The position numbers were made by a program, and so were the translations under genes. Shown in pieces: positions 1-10,218 of a stretch of 64,000 bases of DNA. Each line of letters starts with the position of its first letter. Position 1 is the stretch's first letter. This DNA comes from Oopsacas minuta. Lineage: Eukaryota > Animalia > Porifera. The notes beneath the pieces are model-generated. The model saw only the letters and a list, made by a program, of their open reading frames with translations, did no database searches and had not been told where the DNA came from. The DNA is taken from assembly GCA_024704765.1 (NCBI GenBank), contig JAKMXF010000066.1:1175883-1239882 (forward strand). Reading direction: 5' to 3'.

Positions 1-923
1 ATTCTAATGTTCTTTAGAAATTTCCCTCTCAAACAAAGCGAGGAGTGTAAAAATGCCTAGAAAACATCCAAGCCATATATTAAAGAAATAATATATAAAG
101 AGCTCAGCTTCACAGTTTTCGGGAATATAAGTAGTGAGTATAATTCGATGGATAATATATGAGGGTCTGTGTATTTTGTTTTTTGGTTTCTTGTTGATGG
201 AAATTGTTTCGATTAATTGATCATGCCTCTTAATTGTGGTTGTGTTTTTCTAGCTATTTAATGTGGACTTGAGCTTTTATAACGCATTCAATAGTCGTTG
301 ATCAATTTGATGCATTAGCGTTGTTATTAAGATCATTGTCAAATAACCTGCTGCAAATCCCACGCCTGCATTTTCGACCGATTACCTGAAATTGAATAAC
401 TTGAGTCTTCAAATTTTCCATGATTTCAATATACGTAACACTAATATCGCCAAAAACTGTGCTCTAGTAGGGCTGAGCTTTACTAGAGCTGAGCTCTATA
501 CCTTATCCCTATATTAAATATTGTTAGTCAAATGTCGAATAAAAGTTTAAGTTAAGTGATTGAAAGAGGCCAATTAGAAAGTAAATTACTTACTGTAAGG
601 TTTCTAATCAGTATTTATTAATAAAGTCTGCCAGCTTGACAACCAATTATTGTGAATGGCACGCTAAGGTATTTTATCTAGAATGTTCCATAGGAAAGGT
701 TTCTGAATTCAATCACTTTTATGACACATTTCCCCATCAAATACGACATAAGTAAAAGTTGTGAGACAGATTGTAGATACCAGCGGGCATTTTATAAGGC
801 TACAGTTGCATGTATGCTTAGGTGTACGGATTCGCGAATCATTTGAGTATATAAAACAGCTGTGTAGTCATAATGGCTATTATAATATATCGATTTTGAT
901 GTAATATTTGTAACTTTAGAATA

Positions 924-2192
924 ATGTCTGGGAATAGAAATAACAGTAAATCGAGCAAGAATAGCTCAAAAGATGGAAAAGATTCTAAGCAAATAAAAAC
1001 GGACAGTTCGTCAACAGATTCTTTGCTTAGCTTTTTGAGTACGGCTTCTAACGCAATGAGGAAAGCAATGGATATGACAAAACAAGGGAGTAGTGCAAAT
1101 AGTCGCAAGAGAGACCCCAATCATAGACGGCATCTTCTTAATAACATGAAAGAGTCCAGTTTGGAGTATAGCGCGTATAACAAACGTAGATATAAACGTC
1201 GTTCTATAAGCTCTAGCTCTGCACATAACGGAGATGCTCAGGCAGATTCTAGTGATTATCTGACTGATACTATGAAAGAACTGTTCATGAATTCTACAGA
1301 AGAACCTGGGACGAATTTACATTTCCAAAGCAGCAACCAAATGGAAGGATCTCTTCTGGGGTATACAGGAGATTCTGTGTATTTCCAAGAGAACGAATGG
1401 GCAGCTGATTGTGAGAGTATTGTCACTACTTCAGATCATTACTTCAATGCTAGCAATGAACTACAACTCAGTCAAAATTATGAGGGAAGTTATATGGGAG
1501 TGCCGCAAGTAACCGGATACATACCGGACCCTTTCGAGGGAGGCAGTAACTTCACGAATAGTTCTAGCTACTTGACGTCATCTCTGGAGATGAGTGAGAT
1601 AGGAGGACATCTGTCAGATAGTTTTAATCTAGAAACACTATGTAGAGATAATCTTGTGTCAAGTCAAGTATCTTGTTCTAGCTGTTTATACAATGATAAA
1701 GCTACAGGTCTACCAAACGAGAATGGAAATACAAACAATAATAATTTATCCAGAAAGACAGAATTGAGTATTTGCGTTGCTCCTGAAGCCCTGGCCTCTG
1801 GAGAATTCTCATCAGTAGACACGCGACTTGTGGAACAAGTTTTAGCACAAGCAGATATACAAGCTACTATGAATGAGTTGGTTGATATAGCTAGACCTAA
1901 AAGAAAGCGAGTAAGTGTAACTCCAACTCATGAGAACAATGATCAGATGTTACCATACTCCATAGCCTATCAAGATTGTCAGTTGTCACATAGACAATGT
2001 AGACAACCATTGACAGAAATACGGCCTAAATCTTGGGCGACATCGCGGCCATCCCACCAACACAAACTAGCACACAAGAGACAATCATGCCCCAACAGCT
2101 CGCCCTCCTACACCCCACATACCACTGGCCTCAGCCCGTATCAAGGAGGGTTCTTCTCAAACGGGCCGCCCCATGAAATCGGACTCATATGA
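924..2192 (+). CDS. FAM181: FAM181-like protein (N-terminal FAM181 motif, long Ser-rich disordered tail), 422 aa, single exon
   Basis: Long ORF. Residues 34-76 (LLSFLSTASNAMRKAMD...RKRDPNHRRHLLNNMK) match the FAM181A/B N-terminal motif LLSF.D.AS..IK.ALD...KRKVNHRKYL.KQ.K as I recall it. The rest is low-complexity, with an NLS-like RPKRKR. Confidence 0.65.
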   Translation: MSGNRNNSKSSKNSSKDGKDSKQIKTDSSSTDSLLSFLSTASNAMRKAMDMTKQGSSANSRKRDPNHRRHLLNNMKESSLEYSAYNKRRYKRRSISSSSAHNGDAQADSSDYLTDTMKELFMNSTEEPGTNLHFQSSNQMEGSLLGYTGDSVYFQENEWAADCESIVTTSDHYFNASNELQLSQNYEGSYMGVPQVTGYIPDPFEGGSNFTNSSSYLTSSLEMSEIGGHLSDSFNLETLCRDNLVSSQVSCSSCLYNDKATGLPNENGNTNNNNLSRKTELSICVAPEALASGEFSSVDTRLVEQVLAQADIQATMNELVDIARPKRKRVSVTPTHENNDQMLPYSIAYQDCQLSHRQCRQPLTEIRPKSWATSRPSHQHKLAHKRQSCPNSSPSYTPHTTGLSPYQGGFFSNGPPHEIGLI

Positions 2193-2632
2193 ACCATTAA
2201 CAATCATTTTATAAATTTGATGAGAGAAGCGAACTATCAAAACAGTTTCTTATAAATATGCATTATAAGTTTTCAATATTTGTATATTATAGTATTATGT
2301 ATAGGAGATTATATAATTTGTATATTTTTGTTATGATAATTAAATAAACACATTAATACATATGTATGTGTATTTATTAGTACGATGCTATATAGTACAT
2401 GTTGTCAATATAAGTACAAGTAAATACAAAAATACTAGATATACAATATGTCACCTGTCATCTGTCAATCGCTAAAAGATGAGAGAAGATTGGGAAAAGA
2501 AAATATTAAACAGTCTTCTCTAGCGTTAAAATATCATATATCTACACTAAAAGGTTAATTGCGTATAAAAGCTAGAGGGAAGATAGTCGCATATTTTCAA
2601 CAGTGTAATATATGTACACGCGAGTATGGGGA

Positions 2633-4924
2633 TTAGTATGAAGGTGCAGGGTACGAGTAAGGAGGGTTAGGTTGAGTTCCGGGGGATAGACTAGAAGCTG
2701 AGCTGAGAGAAAAGTTGCCAGCGTATGCACTAGCCTGTGTAGTCAGGTCTGGGGAGTATGATTCACTGGAGCCATAAGCTGGGGGGTACACACCACCTGA
2801 CTCGTAGTAGGGATTAGAAACATAGGGACTGAAATCTGGCGTTTGTGTAGTATTGTACCCACAGCTTAGAAGCTTTTGATGTTGCTCTGCTTGAGCGTAG
2901 AATTTAGAAATAGAATCCTGAGCTTGAAGGAATTGAGATAAATGTGAGTAAGCTTCTGGTATGTGAGAAGGAGATTCTGATAGGTGAGGTTCTTGCTTTA
3001 TACCCTGTTGTCCGTCATCTTCCTTAAAACTTTGCATTTCTCCAGAATCAAGAGGTGTGGAGACTGACAAAGGACTGGAAGAATCACGGGGTTCTGATTT
3101 AATATCATCTTTAGATTCTAAGCAATGCATTGGTAGTAACTCCTCAGATAAATCAGGTGACATGATACTCTCTCTATCAGTATCTCCTGTATCAGAGTCT
3201 TTCTTACCGCTCAGACTGCAGGAGCGTTTCTCACGCTTCTCTGGTTTAGTACTAAGGGTAGAATATACTTAACAATCCTATCATATTTATATATACACAC
3301 GTTATTGCACACAACAGTTTATATAAAAGAATTATCGTGGTCCCTTGAACTTCGATATAACGAGAGTTGACTAGTACTTCAAAAATTTCAAACGTCAAAA
3401 TCAAGGAAATAATGTCACAGATAAAAAGTTCATTGTAATTTTCGTCAGAATCATACGCCTATATTAGGCGTAACAAGCGTTTGGGAAGAGGAAGCTTATA
3501 TAATTATGAGTTATTCACACATTTCATATTAGAGTTACAACTATTTTGAAGCAATTATTACATCAACCTCCTCGCTCTGGATGTTCTAGTTACGCCCTTT
3601 TCTGACTTACAATGTCCTTATACTTACAGAGACATAATGAAAGCAGTCTGTAATACTATCTGCTAGCGATATTACTCATCTAATTTAATTAAAATCTTTT
3701 ACCTTAAACTACTCCACTCTCTCATATATCGAAGCTCGAGGGACCGCGATAATTACTTGGGAAATAAGTATAAGATCATATGACCGATGGAATTTGTATT
3801 ACTTTTTGACGGTTTGGGACCATATTTGTACTATTTCGATACTTCGATACATTCGTGTTCGATTTTAACAGGAGTTGACTGTAGTCTACAAAGTTGCTGA
3901 CTTACGAACCCTTAAAATATTTTCCCGAGATTTTCGAAAAAGTTTTACGCCCATAAATGGCAATTTCAAGCTATTATTTCTGAAATTAGCATATATTCCC
4001 TGGGATATCTTAGAGTTACGTAATTATGACTACTTACGGGTCTTTGCTCTCAGCAGCTCTATCACGCTGTCTCCTATTCTTAAACCAGTTAGAAACCTGT
4101 GTAGTAGTCAGTCCAGTCAGATCAGCGAGATCACGTTTCTCACGAGGAGAGGGGTAAGAATTCTTGACGTACCAATCTCTTAGCAGACCTCTGCTCTTCT
4201 CTTTGAAGCAATAGCTAGTCTCTTCACCGTCCCAAATTGTGCGTGGGAGAGGGAACTTTCTACGCACGCGGTATTTTCCTACAGCACCCAATGGCCGGCC
4301 TCTTATGCGTTCTGCTTCGATGTAGCGTGCCTATGGAAAAGAACCATGGATAATAACAGACTCAGACTTAGATAACTATTTTTTGAAAATTTTGAAAATT
4401 AAAAAAAATGTATAGAAATTGGCCAAAAAGTGTGAAAAATGAAATTTTGGGCCATCTATTTATGGATATTAAAATTCGGTGTATTCGCTGGAGATTTTCA
4501 GGAATAGAATATTTTCCTATGGACAAAATATTTGTAGCCTAAGTTCATGATATTTGATACTAATTGTTGTGTAGCTGAAAATAATAGAATATTTGCATTA
4601 GAAACTATAACTTACTTGTAACCAAAGAGCTTGCATCTTTGGGTGAGCTATTGCAGTGAAATGATTGTTCTCAACAATATTGTAGAGATCAGCAAAGTTT
4701 CCTTGATGAAAAGCGACAGTTGCTTTTGACTTTAGAACAGATTCATTCTTGTGTAATTGCTCACAGGGTGGCAGAGACCATAGAAATCTAGATAACCGAT
4801 CTATATTCCCCGCTTGCATAAGAACATCACAAACACATGCAACTTGCTCTTCAGTGAACCCAAAGCTAGGTATCATGTTTGGCTTCATGCTAGCAGTGCT
4901 GCCTTGCAGTGGACTAATACTCAT
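2633..4924 (-). CDS. SIX1: SIX-class homeobox transcription factor, Six1/2 (sine oculis) subfamily, 406 aa
   Basis: Three exons: 4924-4616, 4330-4038, 3251-2633. GT-AG introns keep the frame. SIX domain ([20 protein letters not shown]) and homeodomain ([28 protein letters not shown]); the ETSY tetrapeptide is diagnostic of Six1/2. Confidence 0.95.
3331..3376. mobile_element. Solo right-end TIR of MITE family A, in Six intron 2
   Basis: aattatcgtggtcccttgaacttcgatataacgagagttgactagta is the reverse complement of the family A terminus (CAGTCAACTCTCGTTATATCGAAGCTCAAGGGACC). Confidence 0.6.
3712..3881. mobile_element. Tc1/pogo-type MITE family A, in Six intron 2
   Basis: Degenerate left TIR (ctctcatatatcgaagctcgagggacc) and right TIR (gttcgattttaacaggagttgactg|TA). 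The internal core tttgacggtttgggaccatatttgtactatttcgatacttcgata is shared with the 42668 and 54291 copies. Confidence 0.7.
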
Positions 4925-5920
4925 TGCAATCTAGTCTAATCTAAGTAACCAATCTATTGTAATGTAATATTGCGTGTGTAAGCAAAGATAATCTGAATCT
5001 CTCTATTGTGAATACTAATTAGAAGAGGTAGCGCTATTTATAATGTAATGCGAGCTGGGTATCAAGTGGCTATTGAGCAAAGTAATCCGATATGAGCTAC
5101 GTAGTGCATGCCAAAGTGAGTGGCGTAATTCTAATACAGATTTATACGTGGGTAATTCAATTAGCTATGCTTGCATACCATTAGAAAGATTGTGTTGTTA
5201 AGATGGAATAATGGCTGAGTATATAATTAGCAATAGCAGAATAACAATAGCAACTTTTGGTTGTCAAGGAAATACAGTGTTAATTACATCATATTATATC
5301 GACCACATTGGCATAATGCTGTCATTACAAATATTTGTAAACTATTTTTAGTTGAATAGAGAAATACATACCAAATTATAATAATTTCCTGAGAAATGCA
5401 AAATTCCTGGATTCCAAGTTTTATTTCCATAAATAGCAGTTTCAGCCAATTATTTACAAAAAAAGGCAATTAAATTTGTAAGTATTTGCCTGAATTTCCT
5501 GTAAAAGCTCCGAATAATCCTGGGATCCTAGGAGAGTTGGCAAGTATGGAAATTAATTAGAATTCGATGAGATTCTAATTATAGAATAAGCCATAGTCCA
5601 CTAATAATCATATTTGCAGGCCCAGATATTACCAGTTAAAAGAATTCCTAATTTGTCGAAAAGGTTTCGGTCTACAAATTTGTACAAGAAACATTGGTAG
5701 TTTATGGATAAGGATTCTCTTCTACAACCATAACATAGAAGTTCTTACTTTTATGGTATTAGAGGAAAGAGTATATTAAAAGTTCATTGAGAGCTGAATT
5801 AGTGCAATACAACACAATAGGAAAGTTTACAAATTAAATATTAATGAGAAAATTGAGTAATTAATTAAGTTAATGATATAATAATAATAATGATAATAAT
5901 GATAAAATGAAACGTAGTAG

Positions 5921-6505
5921 TCATTTCGCCCCAGCGATTGCAGGAGAATCGCACTGTAAGAGTTTGACAATAGAAGGATCGCTCTTTGCCCCGTTTATGA
6001 ATTCCAACAAGGATAGGCGCCCGTTTTTGTTGAGGTCCATTTGTTGGAATATTTTATCAGTCCTCTTTTCAGGGGTAGACTCGTCTTCTGGCATTTTCAT
6101 GACCTTTCCAACCATCTTATAGATAGCTCGGACGATTTCCAGCATTTCTTGTTTTGTGATGTAACCGTTAGAATCCATATCGTACATACGAAATGCCCAT
6201 CTAAGCTTTTCATCCAGTGAACCTCTTGATGTTATCGATAGGGCCTGAATAAATTCGGCGAAATCTATAGAACCATCTCCGTTCTCGTCAAACGTACGAA
6301 ATACATGCTCTGCAAAATCCGAAGCGTCACCGTATGGGAAAAACACAGCATATATCTTTCTAAATTCGTGCACAGACAGTTTTCCTGATGGACAATCTTT
6401 CACAAACCCGCGGTACCAGTCCTGTAGTTCTTGTTCAGAGAAAAGAGTTTTTTGTTTCAACTCGCGGAGCGTATCGTCACGCAGTTTGCTATTATTTTTG
6501 CCCAT
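5921..6505 (-). CDS. NCALD: Neuronal calcium sensor, neurocalcin/hippocalcin-like, 194 aa, intronless
   Basis: N-myristoylation start MGKNNSKL; [12 protein letters not shown]; EF-hands [24 protein letters not shown] and [12 protein letters not shown]. Confidence 0.93.
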   Translation of the reverse strand: MGKNNSKLRDDTLRELKQKTLFSEQELQDWYRGFVKDCPSGKLSVHEFRKIYAVFFPYGDASDFAEHVFRTFDENGDGSIDFAEFIQALSITSRGSLDEKLRWAFRMYDMDSNGYITKQEMLEIVRAIYKMVGKVMKMPEDESTPEKRTDKIFQQMDLNKNGRLSLLEFINGAKSDPSIVKLLQCDSPAIAGAK

Positions 6506-7209
6506 TCGAGTAGTTACAAATTATAATTCTAAATAGTTAATATTCGTTTTACTGCGAGTAAAATGTATGGAAAATGGAAAGAAACCTGGTTGGTTGGAAG
6601 TGGAATGAAGATCAGAATGATACGAACAAATGATCAGATACTACAATGCAATTTAGCTGAGTAGTTTTATATTATGGGAGGGGAGATCAAATGTAATTTG
6701 TGTAGAAGTCTATTTGCCTAAATCAATTTAAGGGTGTATCAAGTTGCCCAAGAGAGTGCGTCGTAAATCCATAATGGTTTTGAAGAAGAGGTCATACATA
6801 TTTGTCAAATTATGTACATCTGCCAGTGGCTTAATTATCAGCTGTTCCAACAGGAAATGAACAAAGAAAGCTCGAAGTAGCACTGTTGAGTGACGTATCA
6901 AAAGTTATGACAATCATATAAGAAACAAAGCACTAGAGTATATCACCATAAGGAGAAGCCAACTGGGCTTTTGATAAAGCTGAGTTGTTGAATGTCCGAA
7001 ACTAGTGTCAATTGAATGAATCCGTATCTTCTATGTGTAGCAGAACAATGGTAAGTTCACAAGTCTTCTTTCTCAATAGATAACTTCTGGAAACAGTATC
7101 AGCTATAAATCAGTTTCGAACGCTCAATGGACATTTCTAATATTTTTTTCAGGTGTTATTGATATATAAAATGCAACATTGCTAACAAACTCATATTTAT
7201 ATCGTCAAT

Positions 7210-8247
7210 ATGGATTTTACCTGGGGCTATTTCTTAATTGTGCTTGTTGCAAGCGTTACCAGTTTACCGAATGATGTGTTCAGAATTCCCTATTCAGACG
7301 ATAATTTGCATATCTACGCACTACCCATGGGTGAGGGAGAGAGTACAGTCATACAGTGTCCAGGAGGGGATATCATACTCGTAGATATGGGGAGCTCCGG
7401 CAATGGATGGACAAAAGACAGAGTCTACCAATTCTTGCTGCATCAACTGGAGCGAGTAAAAACAGTTATAATATCCAATACATCGCCTGAACATTATAAT
7501 TACATTCCTACTGTATTACGTACTGTATCCGGCTTACAGCAAATTGTAATAGGAGGTAGATCAGAGTACTACGAGGCTGATAGAGACTTTTCTAGCTGGC
7601 TAGAAGTAAATAATAAGAAAGTGAACTTCTTGAATAGTGGAGAACCTTGTATTACAGATTGTGATATATCTACCATTAGCTGTGGAGATGAAGCAGCAGG
7701 AGTGCAATTGAATGTACTCGGTTCAAATCTGGCACAGAACCACTCAAACTCTGGGGTAATCTTACAATTAGTTTCACAAGAATTCAAGTTATTGCTGCCT
7801 GGAGATTTTACTGGACACGATATGGAGGAGTTGATTATATACGAATGGAACCTTGTAGGATTTTCACTCAGCTCTTCGCACTTTAAACTCTCTAAACACG
7901 GCTCAGCTGATCGAGCTAATGGCGAGAGCTTTCTATTAGCTATCTCTCCTAATTACGCATTCTCTTCCAACGCTTATCCAAACAACTACGATGGTTGGGA
8001 TCCAGATTGTGACATAGTATGGCGACTATTGAACCTGCAAAGTATCCGAAAGAGTAAATACGTGGATTCGTATTCCTGTGGCGACTCAAACGATCATAAA
8101 CCTGTTCGTTACAACAACTGGCCATATGAGATTCATTCTACTTCAGTTGATCAATATTTAGGGAAACTTATTCGTATCAACGTCAATACTACGGATCCTA
8201 TCAACTCAAAAACTTCGCCACAGATATTCTACGTATCTCACGAATAG
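7210..8247 (+). CDS. Secreted metallo-beta-lactamase-fold protein of ComEC/Rec2-like type with degenerate metal ligands, 345 aa
   Basis: Signal-peptide-like N-terminus. Motifs LPMGEGESTVI..ILVDMG, VIISNTSPEH, LLPGD and FKLSKHGS align with ComEC-MBL motifs (DVGQGDA, LIDxG, SHxHxDH, LFTGD, LKVGHHGS). Confidence 0.8.
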   Translation: MDFTWGYFLIVLVASVTSLPNDVFRIPYSDDNLHIYALPMGEGESTVIQCPGGDIILVDMGSSGNGWTKDRVYQFLLHQLERVKTVIISNTSPEHYNYIPTVLRTVSGLQQIVIGGRSEYYEADRDFSSWLEVNNKKVNFLNSGEPCITDCDISTISCGDEAAGVQLNVLGSNLAQNHSNSGVILQLVSQEFKLLLPGDFTGHDMEELIIYEWNLVGFSLSSSHFKLSKHGSADRANGESFLLAISPNYAFSSNAYPNNYDGWDPDCDIVWRLLNLQSIRKSKYVDSYSCGDSNDHKPVRYNNWPYEIHSTSVDQYLGKLIRINVNTTDPINSKTSPQIFYVSHE

Positions 8248-8722
8248 AGTGAAAGGAATTTATTTTTATTCTCATTTTTGTTTCTTTTATACTTACACAC
8301 TTCACACACACACAAACACTATATTATTGATAATGAATAAATAATAAGGCCCTATTAATGAGAAACTTGTTTCAGCTCAACATGACGTCCATCTAATCAT
8401 GCGGGTGGCAGTTTATTATCATTATTTTATGACATTATCATAATAATACAGGCCAATTCAAAGAAAATCTACTTCGAAATATGCTAATTAAGCGTGTAAA
8501 AGGAGGTCTGTGAATATAAAATCACTACTATACTATTCACCTGTTAGTTAAAATCACAGAAAATGGTAAAATAATGACAATATTCACGTGGTAGGCAACT
8601 TGATGCGGACAGTGGAGCTGAAACAAGTTTACAACAAACAGTTGCCTAATAATAATAATTCAATACAAGTAATGCAAAAAACCAAAATACTATAAATCAG
8701 AATCTACGATAAAATGCATAAT

Positions 8723-9853
8723 TCAACATTGTTTCCTTATGAAAGGTTGAAACTTATTAGCCTTTACTCCTAATCTCATCTGTTGCTTGTTATAGCTCGT
8801 AGCTATTTGTTTCCTTTCTCGCAGTATTCTAAGTTTCATAGCATATTCGGCTGGGCTAGGAACTGTCGGCTTTGCTAAGACAACTGCTCTTGAGACAGAG
8901 GACCGCAAATTTTGTTTGTAAATGTGTTTGAAGGCTCTGTGTCCGATTTTAGCCCCCGATGGTAATACAAGACTCATATCATCTGCTAGAGTTAGTCTGG
9001 GGGTTGTAGGTATGTGTTCATCGTTATTCTGTTCGTGATCTGGATAGCTAGTTGAGAAATCGTAAAAATCTGATAACTGGTCACTGAATGCTTCTGTATC
9101 CTCAAAATCGAGTTTACAATGTGATCTATCCCGCATATGATGTTGCGCTGCTTCCACCGAATTGAATGATCGATTAGCACAATAAAGACAGCTGTAATTT
9201 TCTCCTATTAAAGCCGCCAATAGTTGTAACAACCCGTCTATATCTTTAATATAATCTAGTGAGGGAATAAAGAATCCGTGAGCTATGTACATATGCTGTA
9301 GATGTTTGTCTCTGTCTGCTGACTGTATAGGACAAAATAGACATTCGTTTTCTTCCAAAGGTTCTGGATCGATGGATTCTTCAATGTCATCATCTGGTTG
9401 GGAATCTTCTGTGTGGGTTTGCTTATTAGAATCTTCTATAGCTGTTTTTGGATGTTCTAAATGGGGAAACAATATTTAAGTTTAAGAATTGATAAGTGCA
9501 TCGTACTTGGGCAATATCATCTGACTAACGTAGTGATATAACTTACTGCGATTCGCTTGTGTAATGTGCTTTTTGGAGAGTAGATGATTATCTAACTGTT
9601 TCTGACAGGCAAAATGCTTCTTACAGATTTCACATTTCCATGTCTGTTTACGAACTGATTCGGCAGCTAAGAGGAGAGCCTCGTGAGCAGATGCCTTTTC
9701 TAGAAATGTCTCTAAAGATACAGAGGGTAGAGATGCTACTTTACGTTTCAAATTATATCTATGCCAGTCAGATTGGTAGTGCTCTCTTTGAAGCTCTTGA
9801 TTAGTCACGAGCAGACGACAAGTCATACAACTGTACATGTTCTCGTCAGCCAT
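8723..9853 (-). CDS. ZNF622: Cytoplasmic pre-60S maturation factor ZNF622/REI1 (C2H2 zinc fingers), 346 aa
   Basis: Two exons, 9853-9547 and 9456-8723, joined in frame by a 90-nt phase-1 GT-AG intron. Motifs CMTC..REHYQSDWHRYNLKRKVASLP, CLFC..HMYIAHGFFIP, CLYC..QHHMRDRSHCKL and LVLPSGAKIGHR. Confidence 0.93.
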
Positions 9854-10218
9854 TTGATCCTAAAACTCTAATAATAAAAATATAATTTTTGTAGTGAGCT
9901 GTGAAGCTCTTTCAATTTAGTAAATAATGAAAGTTATTTCCCTATTTCAAATTCAAGTAACCCATTTATTTCATGAATTTAATACAAAGTATTAAGATAG
10001 ACCAAGGTCATTATAGTTGGATACGGGTCCCAGCTCCATCAACCGCATCAAAATGCCTTCTCCAACATTTTGACTATTTTTGTTGGAAATTTCAGAGCTC
10101 TCGCGTTGTATGTCTGCTCCTTGGAAATTATTTCTACCATATAAGTTAGCCAACAATAACGTGGTTCAGTCTAATTATTTTCATTGCTATTTATGTGCTA
10201 GCTAGCTAGTGATCCATA
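9854..10218. promoter_or_regulatory. Putative bidirectional promoter between ZNF622 and KIF6
   Basis: The divergent start codons are only 365 bp apart. Inferred from gene geometry only. Confidence 0.55.
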
